Source of the DNA: the human T2T-CHM13v2.0 reference genome, Homo sapiens
NCBI RefSeq assembly: GCF_009914755.1
Contig: NC_060929.1
Strand: one strand, 5' to 3'
DNA: 64,000 nucleotides
Shown: positions 45,945 to 61,914 of the stretch, in pieces
Layout: every line of letters starts with the position of its first letter
Position numbering within the stretch: the stretch's first letter is position 1
Program-made: the position numbers and the translations under genes
The notes under the pieces: model-generated
Told to the model about the DNA's origin: nothing
The model's database searches: none
What the model saw: the letters and a program-made list of their open reading frames with translations, nothing else

Positions 45945-46582
45945 TCAGAGGTGAAGCCAGCTGGACTTCCTGTGTCCAGTGGGGACTTGGAGAAATTTTC
46001 TGTCTAGCTAAAGCTTTGTAAACACACCAATTAGCACTCTGTAAAAACGGACCAATCAGCACTCTGTAAAATGGACCAATCAGCGCTCTGTAAAATGGAC
46101 CAATCAGCAGGACATGGGCAGGGCCAAATAAAGGAATAAAAGCTGGCCACCAGAGCCAGCAGCGGCAACGCCCTTCCACACTGTGGGAGCTTTGTTCCTT
46201 CACTCTTCACAATAAATCTTGCTGCTGCTCACTCTTTGGGTCTGCACTGCCATTATGAGCTGTAACACTCACAGTGAAGGTCTGCAGCTTCACTCCTGAA
46301 GCCAGCAAGACCAGGAACCCACCAGGAGGAACAAACAACTCCTGACGCGCTGCCTTTATGAGCTATAACGCTCACTGCGAAGGTCTGCAGCTTCATTCCT
46401 GAAGCCAGCGAGATGACGAACCCACCAGAAGGAAAAAACTCTGGACACATCTGAACATATGAAGGAACAAACTCCAGACACACCATCTTTAAGAACTGTA
46501 ACACTCACCGCGAGGGTCTGCAGCTTCATTCTTGAAGTCAGCAAGACCAAGAACCCACCGGATGGAACCAATTCTGGACACC
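45945..46582 (+). mobile_element. LTR12 (ERV9) solo LTR
   Basis: agaggtgaagccagctgg start; four tandem ccaat repeats; U5 repeats (aaggtctgcagcttca); 4-bp TSD gttt on both sides. Confidence 0.93.
46020..46145 (+). promoter_or_regulatory. LTR12 U3 CCAAT (NF-Y) array and AATAAA TATA-like core promoter
   Basis: ccaat at ~46027, 46052, 46076 and 46100, followed by aataaa motifs. Confidence 0.6.
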
Positions 46583-46952
46583 GTTTCAATGGATAAATCT
46601 TATACTTACAAATAGGAACATTTTAAGCATAATACCCTAGTAAACAGTTAATATCCCGTATTCTAGAAAAAAAGATGACAAACTCAGCCATTAGTTACAT
46701 CTGCTAATACAGTGATGACTTTGCAGACTCTAGTAAACGGTTTGCCTATGTAAGGAGACTTTTGGAAGTTGTAAAAAATAAATAAATAAAAAGCTCTATA
46801 TTTTATTATTAAAATAATTAAGGAATTTAGATATAAACCAATAGTTCTATTATTAAGTGTCAATTCTGATCAACATGGTTTGGGTTATTCAGTCTAATCC
46901 CAGTACTCCATATGCTACTGGACTAAAAATATATAGAAATCATGACACAGTT

Positions 46953-47192
<240 letters not shown>

Positions 47193-50100
47193 TTACTTGA
47201 TGATGTTTGAAAAGTATATGCTTGTGTCAAAATAGCCAGCTTATTCTGGGAAGTCCGAATCCATACTTTATTTCTTGTTGTTATTGTATTCAATAGCATC
47301 TGGTGCAGTTTTCTGAAACTTTTTAATGTTTCTTTCATATTTCTGATCCACAGCTTGTGAAAGGAGGCTTTAGGCAAGTATAAGAGGGGAAAAATTATCA
47401 GAATCCTTCTATGGTTGATAAGATTAAATGGCTCTGATGAATTTATTATATATAATACCAGAATGAAGGAAAATAGAAAATTGTATTAACATATAACATG
47501 AATATATAGGTGTATATACAAATACACACTTATAATGACTTAGTCTTAAATCATTTTGGCATAAGAACATATTATTGGCAGCAGAGAGGGCACTGGCAAT
47601 GCTCAAGCACCTATCATTGATGTCATAAAGTGTACTGTGCATATTCTTAATTGGTAAGAATATTTAAACATAAAATATAAGATTTATTTATATATTCTAA
47701 CATGAAAACTGAACTATGATTTCTGAGGTTTTTCTTAAAATCTTACAGTCTAACAAAAGTTTTGATTTAATTGAGATCTGTAGAATTTTAATTAATTTTA
47801 AAAGCCTAATGCTTTTGACATCTCTGCATTTTTATGAGGAAGAAGCAAATATTGATGTTTTCCTAGAAGTTTCTCAAGAAAATTTTAAAAAATCTTATTT
47901 TTTTCATGATTGTAAATGTGGAAGTTGGGTTTAGGGATAACAATATTATAAATTGTAGAACATATCTCCTATAAGCCACCCCCCCAAAGAAAAACATATA
48001 ATAGTTGTCTTTGTTGCCTCATTCCTGGAGCAGCAATCCAACCTCTTTTTTGTATCACTTAAAATTTTTGTTTATTAATATTATATTAGTGTGTGTACAT
48101 TTATATATACATATACAGTTATACTTTACATTGTTTAATGACACTATTATTAAAACCTATTAGCACTTTAAATTATTTTAAAACATGAAATGAGTTTTAA
48201 TTTTTAATATTTTATAGCCAAGTAAAGAATAAACCTTTTCTGAGTTCCTGTCTAAACAGCAAAGCTTATCTTAAAAAATATTATTTTAATTTATAAAAAC
48301 ATTCAGAAATTTCTATAAATTAACACAGAAGCTCCTGAAGCATTTTTGAGACTTGATAATCTTGAAGCATTAATTTGGTCTTGTGTTATACCTGACTGCA
48401 TTAATCAGGGATTCATTTAAGTATACATGTCATGATAAACTTTATAAGCAAATGTAAAGGTAAATTAAAATAGTTTACATTGAGGGAGGAGGGCATAACT
48501 GTTTAAAGCATAGAACTCCCATGCTTCACATAGAACAGAAAGGTTTTCTTTTATAGCTGAAAAACAGAATTAAATGAATCCATGAAAAAGTAACAATAGC
48601 TTCTCTTATCCAAATAGGATCATGGACAACTAACCAACCTGAAAGTTCACACACACAAAAATAAAAATACACAAAAAGTTAAATCGTTACAGCATTAAAA
48701 CAAAATTTCATAGGAGGCTATGATTTCTGCTATGAAACTCACTCATGATTCAGGACCACCAGAAGATGGACTGAGAACAAAAGGATTTATAAATGCTAAC
48801 TTTTCATTTCTGTGGGCAAGTGGCAAAGTACTTTTGAGTGAAGCTCACCAAGGAAATCTCAGTGGAAACTTGAGACTGTTAAAATGACTTCTGGAGCTAA
48901 AGCCAAAACAAAGCAAAGCAAACAATAATGACTAAAACACACACAAAGTTGAGTCTATTAATTTGCATAGAAGATAACCCATGACAATGAGGGGGGTTAT
49001 TGAATAGTTTCCTAAGAGGTATTATTAGAAATTTTTCAGTGCAGGAAAAGGGAGTTCATCTTGTTTATGTTAACTAAGGATTAAAAACTAATTCCCAAAT
49101 ATGTCTGGACTTAATTTATTAAAATAAGTCCCATTGTCCATTATTTAGGAATGAATATTTAGGTGTAATAATAGTCTTGTGTAATGGGGTATTTCAAAGT
49201 TGATGGTTCTTTATTGCTTCATGTTGTAAGAAAACTTTATATTCAGGTTCAATATCTCCTAGGCCAGTGCTATATTAAATATAAAATGTACTTTCTACAA
49301 CAGATAAGAATAAAAAAGACTGAACTGCATTGCTTCAATAAATAATGTTCTTTCAACTTGAAGTGTTTGCAGATTGTTTCAATTAATCTTAACCAGATAA
49401 CTGGAGAAGTTACAATGCTTTTTATTTTTAGCACTGTAGAAAGTAAATAGGAAACCATGCAGTAAAGTTTAAAGTTGTAAGATATTTTACAATATCACCT
49501 AGTTCAGTAGCTTTGTTTTACATATATATCCTCTATAGTTTAAGAAATATATCACTAGCCCCACATCAGACTACATGTCAATGGAAGAAGCATGACTGGT
49601 GTCAATGTTAGAAGCCACTGGGCGATTGCTCTTCCATTGTACTCATTGGCTAGCTTAGTTTATGCAATTTTCTAAGATATTCAAATGCCTAAACGTAACA
49701 GGAAATATATTGATTTTTTAAAACAAAAGTTCAGTCTAAATATGTACTAGCTTATGTATATATGATGGGTATATTTATAAAATAGATTTTAAAACTCCAA
49801 TTTTTCATGAAAGAAAATCAGTCTTCTTTGTGCGTCCGTATTTCTTCATTTCCTTAAATAAAATTAAGACAGAAAGATCTTTTAGGGCTTATGATCCAAC
49901 AGCACTCACTGCTCCTGTCATAATTAACATTTCTGATTGCTCTTCTGGGTTGGCAGTAAAATCATTTCAAAGGCTGTATTTTATTCCTCTAGTGATATAT
50001 ATCTACAGCAGCCCAACCACTGTTATAAATTCAATCTGACCTTTTCTGGAACTATTTGAGTAGATAAATAGAAAAATGTGACTGTATATTGGCAACCATA

Positions 50101-50322
50101 GACATCATTAAGCTTTCCACTGAGTTAATGAAAGGCTAAGTTTGTGGGGGTGTTGATTTCATCCAATTTTCAAACTGAGTTACTGCCAACGTCCGTTAAA
50201 AATTCAAAATATAATGTCAACATTGCGGAAGGAAACAATCTCTCTGCACAAGATCCTCTGATGCTTTTGCAATTTAAAATAATAAAGATTAAAACATGGT
50301 TGCTTAGAAATAAGGACTCTTC

Positions 50323-50659
<337 letters not shown>

Positions 50660-51852
50660 CTAATATTTTCAGACTTTTAGAATTTATTTTAAGGAACAAC
50701 ATAATTATCTAATGCTCTTAACTAAGCCTAAAGGATGAGAAAACCCCAAGAAATATCTCTACTCTAGAATTTTACTTTTAAAAAAATCAAAGCTTTGGTC
50801 TAATATAACATGCAAACTCACGATAAAACATTGTTTTTAACACTGGCACTCCTCAGAATGAATGGCAACACAGGAATTAATTCAACCCTAGCCCCTTGGA
50901 GATCGATACAGAATTTTTTCCTCCAGTGATTCTTTAAAGTGGCTTTAAAATCATGACAAACACTATGCCTGGATGTGTTTGTGGATGAGCATCTGTTTTG
51001 AAAAGGCCTTGCCTTTTAAAAAACAACAATAATCCTAAACACTGCCACTCAACGTTTCCCTCAGAGTTTAATGAGTAGAAGGTAGCAGAGCTTATAACTT
51101 TGTGTGTGAGCTGAATTTAAGTTGAATTCATCACTACATGGGAATATGGAATTAAGAAGTTTTTACACAGACTGAGAGAAGTTTGATTTACCATTAAATA
51201 TCTAAGAGATAACATAATTAAATTTTTACTGAATATGTAAGGATGATCTGATTTTAAAGGAATTGCAATATAGTTCCACCTAGATATCTAAATACACTTA
51301 ATTTCTTGAAATAAAATGAATATAGTTTAGTTTCCTCATTGAACTTAAAAGTTATACAACAAAGATGCTATAAAAAGGAAAAGTACAAATCAGTGTATGT
51401 ATTATTCCTAATGCTACAGTAATCAGCTCATGTTGACTGGTTTATATAAATTTGATTAGTAACGTCCAGAAATTATTGATGTCTATTATAGGATGAATAC
51501 TTGAGTTCCCATTGTTTCAACCAAACTCATTAATGGCTCCGACTACAAAATGTATGTCTTCTCCGATTGAAATCAATTTTACTGTATATATTTATAAGAT
51601 TTTGCTGATAATTTTGATTTTACTATCAAGTTGCTTAAGTTGCCACTGAGTAGTTTTCTTGACTTGTTGGGTGTAATAGTACCTGTCATGATAATTTGCT
51701 AATGAATTTCTAATCCAACCTGTTTTTCCATGTTTTAGATTGATATTTCCAATGCCACTTAACTGATTCATATAATTATTCTAATGGGTACTCTGCATAA
51801 TTCTATTCAAAATTGATATAACCAGGACTGCATTTAAGAAAAAACATTCTGA

Positions 51853-52687
<835 letters not shown>

Positions 52688-54769
52688 TCAGGGACAAATT
52701 CAGAAATAAATGTATAAGGAGAAAAAAAATCATTGCTATCTTCCTAGCTATGAATGACATTTGAAGCGGTTTATGGAATACAGTGCACAAAAGGAAGAAT
52801 AAATTTTGAGAAAAGGGTGGGATATTCACTTTTAATATGAGGAATTTGAAGTGCTAGACATTTTAAAAAATAGATGACTTTGCTCCCATCTTATTAGAGT
52901 ACGTAGGACAGTAGTAAATTCTGTATTTAGAAAGCAATAGTGGTGGTTACTATAAATAGTTGGCTGTTCAGTTAATCTTTATGGGGTGTATTATTCTAGT
53001 TAACACCACCTTGCCTTTTCAAGAATGTGTCTTGGTTAAATATTAGATATGCTTAAGTAACAGAAAATGCTTTAATATGTTCTTTCCTGTTTGAATCTTT
53101 GGGCCTGTCTTAATGGAAATATATATAATGCCCAACCAAGAAAACCACCACTTTGAATGATTTTTTAGTTTTTGACAAAATTTAATATTGGAGAGGGAGG
53201 AGTTCAATGAATAAGTACTAGGAAAGTAAGGAAGAGAAAGATATGTAATTTGGAAAAATTAAAAACACAGAATACTGCCATGGCTTTTAGATATAAAATA
53301 GATAATAAACCAGGCATTACATACTAGCTATGTGGCCTAAATCTTTGTATTTTGCCATGTTTATTAATTTAGTCTTTCTTAATCTTATACTGTTTTGCAT
53401 TAAAAAATTAATGTATGAAGGAACTACTTTTTTGAGTTAAGGAAATAGGGAGATAAAAAATGAGATATCTTAATTGATGAGGAGTCTTGGGCTTTATGAG
53501 GCACTTCAATAAAAAATATTACTGACAGCTCTAAAAAAAGAATGAAAAGTATGATCTCTACAAAGTAAAAAAGAAGGCACAAGGAGTAAGGCAGTAAGAT
53601 TAGCCAGAGAAGTGTCTCAGGGTTTTAGTTAGGAGAAAGGATAAGTGATTTATCTAGTCTTGTATTAGATTATTAAAAATGCTTGTGCATTGATTCTTGC
53701 CAGACTTCTAATAGCTCAACACACTCTAGCAATGTTTAAATAAATTGATCCAGCTACACTTTTAAGCCAGAGATAAAACATTACTATAGTCAGATTTAGA
53801 TAAGAAATCTGTCAGAAAAAAAACAAACAAAATATATTCTAGATGGACTTTTAACCACAATCCATTTTTATTTACTTTTACTAAAATATAATATTTTCCA
53901 GAAGGTATTTTTCAGCTTGAGATGTCTTCCATTAAACAGGTTTTAGTGGCAGATAAGAACTCACTGTGATCACACGGACTGGTATTTCAAAAGTTAATCC
54001 ATTTGGTTCGAAATATAGTCTGCTAGAACTCAGAAAGAAGGACAATAAAGTGCAAAATGGGTAGTTCACTGGAAGAAACATCACCACCTACTAACATAAT
54101 AAATGTGGCAAGGAAGAAAACACAATTGCTGATGCAACACTATTACTTACTCAACAAGTAGTAAATGCCTACTCTTGGTAGAACAAAGCTGTGGTAGACA
54201 TTTGCGATACGATGGTAAATAAGATAGATATTTGTTCTGACATCATAAATTGAGATGTTTTAATTGCTTCATTTAAAGAAAAACTCAGACTTAATTTAAA
54301 AAATAGATACTGGGATTCTCTATCATCTCTTACATAACAGAAACTGCTGTTACCAATTGTAAATAACTTCATGTCCATGGGCAAACTAGAAAAACAGAGG
54401 AAAAAACATCAATGTCAGTTAAAAAAAAATGGGGTAGTATGTGTGACAGGAAAACAAAGTCAGTGAAGGTAAAGTTTTGTTCTTTTGTTGGGATACCCTT
54501 TAGGAATCTATAAAGACTTATTTAGCCAACATGAGTTTATATAGTATACTTCCTCAATCATTTATTGACTGTTACATGAGTCCACTTGGGAATCCGCAGA
54601 TGCCTTCCAAAACTAAGAAAGTACATTAACAAAGAGGTTAAATTTTTACTCAGGTAAATATAAAATGAACATATATCAAGTGTTTTGTTTAACTCATTAA
54701 TAATGAGGTATTTTGGCAATCCATCATGAACAACTATTATGTATAATAGAATCATATCGACTCTCCAGG

Positions 54770-56581
54770 TATTACAGGATCTCTGGGTTGTTGTTTTTCT
54801 AGCTGGACACCTCTGTGGCCAGTGGCACCTTAGCCCAAGTTTTGCTCAGGCCTGTTGGGCTCATTTCAGCTACTCAGTCTGGCAGACTGTGCTTGGCTCA
54901 CACTACCAGCCTGGGTCCCACAACTCCCAAGGGCAAGTCAGGCTTGGAACAGCAAAGCGTGTGTGAGCGAGTGTGGGGTCCAGACACTGCCCACAGTCAG
55001 ACATGCCAACTACTGCAGTGGGGTGAGCAGCTCCACTCCGCTGGCTCTTTGTGAGGCTGGCATGGTTGCTGGCTCTTTGTGAGGCTGCAGCCAGACCAGG
55101 TGCAGTGCAAGCAGCTTTCATGATTTACACAGGGGAACATGTTGGCACCGGAAGTGTGGAGATGCCAGGAACCACAGGGCCCTAAAGAGAGAGTCACAGC
55201 CCTGGCTCAGGGAGCTCCCACGTCTGGGCTCCCTGAAGGGCTGCAGCTCTTCTCTCCTTCTCTTTGCCTGCAACATGGCAGGCAAGGGGCATGTTTCATC
55301 CCTGTTTGTGTTACAGCTCTTTTATCCCCACCATTTGATGGGTCCCAAGTTCTTATCATATGACTAGGAAGAATGAGGTACACAGACAAGTGGAGGGTGA
55401 ACAAGATGGAGAGGAGCTACAAAGAGCTCAGTTTTCCACATGGAGCAGCTCCTTTCCACAGCCAAGGTGTCCCAGTGAGTGTTCAGCTCCTAGCAGAGAA
55501 GCAGCCCTGGAATGGGCTGCTCCTCTCTGCAGGCAGAGCATTCCAACATCTCTGCAGCTCTCAGTAGAAAGGAGGCCCTGAAGTGTGTATTTCTGCAGCT
55601 GGTTGCCTGATGTCTGCTTGACTCTCAGCAGAGAGGAGGTCCTGGAGTGGGTAGCTCCCCTCTGCGGCTGGTCATCCCACCCTCTGCCCAGCTGTGGCTG
55701 AACCTGGGACTTCTATGGTCCTCAGAAGGGCGAAAGTGCATGACAGTTGGTCCATGGGCAGCCATGGGCAGGCCCAAAAAGGGCACCACAAGTTCCCACT
55801 CTGCTCATCAGGACTGATAGCCTGGACTGCAGCCTTCAGGCCTTCTCTGGCCTGAAGGTGGGGCCTCAGTGAGGACCTGCCCCCTTCTGCCCAGGAGACT
55901 GCCTGCCTCCCGCTTATGTCAAGGGTTGCCTGCAGGCCAGGCTGGCCCTCAGCCACCCCTTGACTTTCCTCTCATGCTCATCAGTTTCAAAAGTCCAGGG
56001 AGGGCCAAGGAGGCAGGAGGCTGGTGTGTCAGCACTTCTGTGAGTGTGTACACACCTGGCCATGCTGTGACAGTGCCTGGGTGCAGCTCTGACTTTGCTC
56101 TGAGATTAGTGCAGGCACCAACAGCAGGGAGAAGCCAGACAGTGGGAGCAGGCACTCTGGAGTCTGTGAGGGCAAGGGGGGCCTGCCTGGACACTCAAGA
56201 GTGCAGGGATGGGTCCACAGCTGTGATTTGGGTGGCTGCAGCTGCATCCCCAGAGGGCAGGGCTCCTGCCTGCTCAGTGGAGAGGGAAGCACACCCCCCA
56301 TCCCCTCTTTCCTTGTGGGCAGCAGAGGTTTGGGTGGCTGCAGCTGTACCTGGTAGGGTGGGATTCCTGCCTGCACCTGAGAGCACAGGGATGTCTGGGG
56401 CCACAGCCCCATGCAGTGGCACCCAAGGAGTTCCTGCCCCAATTGGGAAGGGGTGAGGCTGCCACTTGTCCCTGGCCAGAGTTTCCTTCTGGCTCCATGG
56501 AGCATGCAGCCCTGACCTTGCCTCCCTGGTGCAGCCAGGATGATGGCAGCCACCACTCCAGAAGGCCCACCACTGCCATCA
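54770..56581 (-). mobile_element. MER52 (ERV1) solo LTR
   Basis: GC-rich 1.8 kb; the - strand starts tgatggcagtgg; 4-bp TSD cagg (54766-54769 and 56582-56585). Confidence 0.85.
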
Positions 56582-56739
56582 CAGGCAGTACTTGTGAGAG
56601 ATTAATTTAGGATGAACTCCAAAATTTTCTCCCTTCCCATGACATCCTTTGTGTGAGGGACAGATTGTTGTTTTGTAGCCTCCCCTCTTTATTCTGCCAC
56701 CACATATGCAAAGCCATGCATAACCTAAAAAATGTAAAT

Positions 56740-56924
56740 TTCTTTCTTTCTTTCTTTCTTTCTTTTTTTTTTTTTTTTGAGACAGGGTATTGCTGTGTCA
56801 CACGGGGTATAGTGCAGTGACATGATTACAGCTAACTGCAGTCTCAACCTTCCAGGACCAAGTGATCCTTTTTCTTCAGCCTCTCATGTAGCTGGGAACA
56901 CAGGTATGTGCCACCATGCCAAGT
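56740..56924 (-). mobile_element. FRAM / AluJ right monomer
   Basis: Single right arm with a (TTTC)n/T tail; flanks aaaaatgtaaattt and aaaagtgtaaattt. Confidence 0.8.
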
Positions 56925-57687
56925 TAAAAAGTGTAAATTTCAAAAAGGTAAAATTATAACTTTCAGACAAATATAAAATGCATATATATCAGATTTTATT
57001 TGACTCATTAATCATTGAATAAAAAATTAAGTTAATGAGCATTTGAGAATCCAGCCTATCTGCAGGCAATTGGACAAAGATTGCTGGATTAGATATGAAA
57101 CTGGTCAATACTCAACAGTCCAAAAATCTTTGGAGCAATCTCTGTCACTGAACAAGTTATATTGCATCACTACTGCTGAAAACCTAAAGGTTCAAAAGAA
57201 ACTTTACTTAATCTAAAACCATTAAACTAAATTCATTACCCTAAACTCTCATTGGATATTTTTTGTGTCTCTTTTAGTGTCAAAATAAACTGCCACCAAA
57301 ATTTTTACCTTATTTTTATCAAGTTTTGGGTAATTACTTTTTCTGATAACCTTTGCTATCACTCATTCCCACATGAATATTTCATATTTGCCAAATCTCT
57401 TGGTACAAATATTTATTTTAGGGACTTCATAAGCTCCTTTTTTCTCAGCTTGGAGTAACAGTAGAATGACTTTCTTCTCCATGATTCTGAGGAAAAATAT
57501 ATTGTGCTGAAAACTCTTCCTGACTAAGTATTTTTATCCCAATTTCAACCCCCATCAATTTATACCCTAGAGATCATTAATGTGGGCAGAATTGATTTTT
57601 AAAAAGCATAAATGGGCTTTTGTCCTGCTTTTGGCTAAGTGGATGTTTGTAATCTTTATATATCTATATCTATCTATCTATATATGT

Positions 57688-57981
57688 ATTTTTGTTTTTT
57701 GAGACTGAGTCTCACTCTGTCGCCCAGGCTGGAGTGCAGTGGCACGGTCTCTGCTCACCACAAGCTCCGCCTCCTGGGTTCACACCATTCTGCTTCAGCC
57801 TCCCGAGTAGCTGGGACTACAGGTGCCCGCCACCACACCCGGCTAATTTCTTTTTGTATTTTTAGTAGAGATGGGGTTTCATCATGTTAGCCAGGATGGT
57901 CTCGATCTCCTGACCTCCTGATCTGCCCGCCTCAGCCTCCCAAAGTGCTGGGATTAAAGGCGTCGGCCACCACGCCCGGCC
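57688..57981 (-). mobile_element. AluY with a (TATC/TA)n tail-derived microsatellite
   Basis: Full dimer with Y-type positions; flanks ctttatatat and ctttgtatat. Confidence 0.92.
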
Positions 57982-60900
57982 CTTTGTATATTTTTTAGCG
58001 TTTGGGACTCAGAGAAAACAGTTACAGATAGAGTCCATATTAACATTCTGCTCTAGCTTTACAAATTACAACGTAAGGTATTTCACTCCTTCTAATGCCT
58101 TGAAAAATGCCTGTGACTAATTAGTTATATCGTTACAATGATTTCTATTTGAGAGTTTTCTATATTCTCTTATCTATAAATTCTGAGCACACCGGGTGAT
58201 TGTCTGTAATTAGAACTCAACAAAAGCTTCAATGTATACATTAGATACCAATACTATATATTGTATAAAACTGTATACATAATATAAAACTTACTTACTG
58301 GTTCAGTTCGGACCTGAAAAGGCAATCCCTGTAGCTGCAGTTCTCAAATAACAATCTACATACATGGTGTTTAAATATTTTAGTGTTATTTCACATTTTA
58401 CTGTAGACCCACAGTTACATTCAATGGAAACTTTTCCTGTTTTCATTTGGATCATTATTGTATGAATATATAGATGATAAACAGATGGATAGTCATGATA
58501 AACATCTGCAAATGAAAGTCTCCCTTTTGAATATCTCAAAAGCTCTGAGTGATAAAACATCAATGAGAGTGCTGGGGTAATGCTCTGGGTAGTTTGGTAG
58601 AACTGCCAAGTTCTGTTTTGTCCTCTTGTTCTTGTCAGTGGGATATGGCTCTTGGACTCACACTTTCACATGTATTTTAGGGGCAGCTATATACAGGCTG
58701 GTATCGTAGCACAAAATTATGGTCAGTTTAGTCCATATGGCTACCAGTTCAGGTAATTTTACCAAGAAACAAGTAGCCAGAAAAAAAAAAAAAAAACAAA
58801 ACTTGGAATTTTAGAGAGATAACAGTGACAGCTACTGTACTGTGACTTCACACATAACCCCTAATGTCTTAACATACTTACTTTTCCAAGTTTTTATTCT
58901 GTCCTTTCCTTTCTTGAACATCATGCCCCAAGAAAAATGGAAGGATAAATATAACTTCCTGAATGTGCCTTGTTTCTTGTACCTCTGTGGTATTTCATAT
59001 AGTAGTCCATCTGTGGAGAGAAAACTACTTTCACATGACCAATTCCTATTTAACTTGACAGTTCAGCTTAGATGACAATTTACCATAAATGGCTTTAATC
59101 ATATCATTCTTTTCATGAGAAGAACATATTTGATGTACTATTATAAAAGCTTGTATATTAATCTTTCACACAATACTTAAATTATACTGAAATTGCTTAG
59201 TTGTCTGTCATCTCTACTAGTCTAAGAAGTCCTTGGAAATTGTCGCTCTTTCAATTTGAGCACCCCATAGAAAGCTTGAAACATAATAGGCATTCAATAA
59301 GAGTTGATAATTTCTATACTTGGGAGAGGGGAAAATGAGAAATGGTGAGGTTTTATTCTAAGGAAAGTTTATTAAAATTTTTCACATAATATTATCAATT
59401 TTCTGTTCCACTTAAATGACATTTTGATTTATATATATTATACATGTTTCCATTTCACTCTTCAAATCATTTTGTGAGCCCTCTAATACATATATTTTTA
59501 GTAACTCTCTCTATAATTTTTGACATTATCAGTTGTCCTTGGATTTTAAATATATATTGTAAATACTTTGTAATATTCTAAATAGTCTATCAAATATTCC
59601 TAAAAATTTATATATATTTGTTTTATGTTAAGTGTATAGATATTGATAAGGCTCATAAGTATTGATTCTTATTTGTTAATTTATCAACTAATTATAGTAT
59701 TTTATAAATTTTTCATAACAACTATAGAATAACTGCACATAAACTGTATTGGCTTCAGGGATCCACCAAATACTTCTGCCATTTTCAGTTTCTTTGAATT
59801 AAGAAATTTGAATTATTCATTAATGATGCCACTAATTGCACTACAAAAATATTCTTGGAGCGTGATTTCATAAAGCATAATGCTTTAGAATTAGGATGTA
59901 TAATGGTATGTAATTTTGAATTTATAGCAGGAAAGATTTAATCTTAAATTGGTTCATAATGTGTTTTATGATTTTAAACAAATGTATTTATTTTTGCCGT
60001 GATCTACATTTCTCAGTATTAAAACAAAAACTAAAATACGGAGTATACTTGTTTAATAATATGTTGATGATGAATAAAATTACTGTCCTATTATTTTGTT
60101 TAATGGCATTGTCCAATTCCTGAGATTGCTGATATATTTTTCAATGTTTTCTTTTTAGGCCCTCTTATTGGAATGTTGCTCCAAGAACAAAGATATCATG
60201 AGAAAGCCGTGCTTAGCATGCCTAAAATGAGACCTTCTTTTCTATTCCATTTTAACCAGGAAAATTAAGCCCTATATTAAACTTTAGCTTAATTATAACC
60301 AGGTAACATACCATGATGACTTTGTTCTAAATATTGAAATGACAAATGCCAGGTTGGAATTACCTTTAGCTATCATATATAATTCAGCTTATCACATTAA
60401 TAATAAAATAATTTTTCACAGTAACATATTGGGATGTTGTAACTATTGTTGGTGGCTTGAACCAGGATGTTACTGAAATGGCGAGATTTTATTTCCATGT
60501 AACCCAAGATATTTGTCTTTCCCTTGAAGTTTTGTCTTGAGATATAAATATTGTTGATTTTATCCATCTTTCATAGCAAGATATTTTTAAGGAGATGTGT
60601 GTTTCATAGTGCCAATAATTGCATACCCAAAAGCCCAATGACCCACACATTTTCCTATCTGGCTGAGTTTATCTTCTACTATAAAAACTGCTAACGTCAG
60701 ACACTAGCTTTTCCACTTTCAATCACAGTAAGCAAATAGACATATTGAAAAATCTTGATTCACAGTAGGAATAGACCCAGAAAAAGTCTGCTGGGGGGAT
60801 AATTTCTGGTAAAGGTCTTACTCCCTGACTTAAAAAAATAATGAAAATAAATCTATCCTTACCTAGGTGTGAGATGTCCAGGATTTCAAATAATAGAAAG

Positions 60901-61231
60901 TAAGCCTATAAATCAGGCTGATATTTAAGGATGTCTAAGCCTCATTTCCAAATTGTATCTCTGAAGATCTGAACCAGTCTAGGATTCTCTATTACAGGAC
61001 TTCTGTTATATACTACCTGTTTTGTTGGGTGTCAGTTATATGTTAGGTGTGATAATACATCTCTGGTAGAAATTCTTACTAAACACATCCTTATTGATAC
61101 AAAAGAACAATGACAACTCAATGGCTATTCATAGATATAGTGCCTAGGTTTCTTCATGTAATGTCAAAGAGTTTGTACATAGTTCACTCCCCATCATAGG
61201 TAGAGGTTTCTGTTAAAACTTGATCAGAGAC

Positions 61232-61622
61232 TGATATGGTTTGGTTCTGTGTCCCTACCAAAATCTGATCTCAAACTGTAAGCCCCATGTACTGAGAGAA
61301 AAACCTGTAATTCTCATGTGAGGAGGGAGGGAAGTCATTGGATTATGGGGGTGCTTTCCCCCATGCAGTTCTTGTGATAGTGACTGAATTCTCATGAGAT
61401 CTGATGGTTTTATAAATGGTAGTTTTTTCTGCCCTCTCACACACACTTCTCCCTCCTGCTGCCATGTGAAGGTCATTGCTTCCTCTTCACCTTCTGTCAT
61501 GAATGTAAGTTTCCTGAGGCCTCCCTAGCCATGTGGAACTATGAGTCAATTAAACCTCTTTCCATCATAGATTATCCAGTCTCTGGTATTTCTTTATAGC
61601 AGTGTGAGAACAGACTAATACA
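61232..61622 (+). mobile_element. THE1/MSTA-type MaLR solo LTR
   Basis: tgatatggtttgg...cagactaataca; near-perfect TSD gagac/gggac. Confidence 0.88.
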
Positions 61623-61721
61623 GGGACTAAATCTCAATCATTAACCATCAGTACTTCTCCTCTCTCCAGCAGTCATTTTCACTTCCCAGTAAGCTAAGGG
61701 GTGTCATGGAAATGCAAAGCC

Positions 61722-61723
<2 letters not shown>

Positions 61724-61767
<44 letters not shown>

Positions 61768-61778
61768 TGTGTGTGTGT
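61724..61778. repeat. (TG)n microsatellite
   Basis: Long TG run with one interruption. Confidence 0.97.
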
Positions 61779-61914
61779 TACCAGCATTGGCTTTGTTAAT
61801 AAGAAGTAAAGAAAAAAATATTCATCAAGACCCTTTCTCCTAAGAATTATATTGCATTAGAAAAGCCTCTCTTAATTATTGTCTCATTTTGTTCATTTAT
61901 CTTTATTTTAAATT

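Noticed and set aside
46020-46560. Regularly spaced short repeats resembling a CRISPR array
   Set aside because: These are the normal LTR12 U3 and U5 tandem repeats with no unique spacers, in a eukaryotic context with no cas genes.
54739-56610. Many overlapping ORFs up to 195 aa, resembling a gene or CpG island
   Set aside because: Contained in the MER52 LTR bounded by a TSD; CpG-depleted; low-complexity translations.
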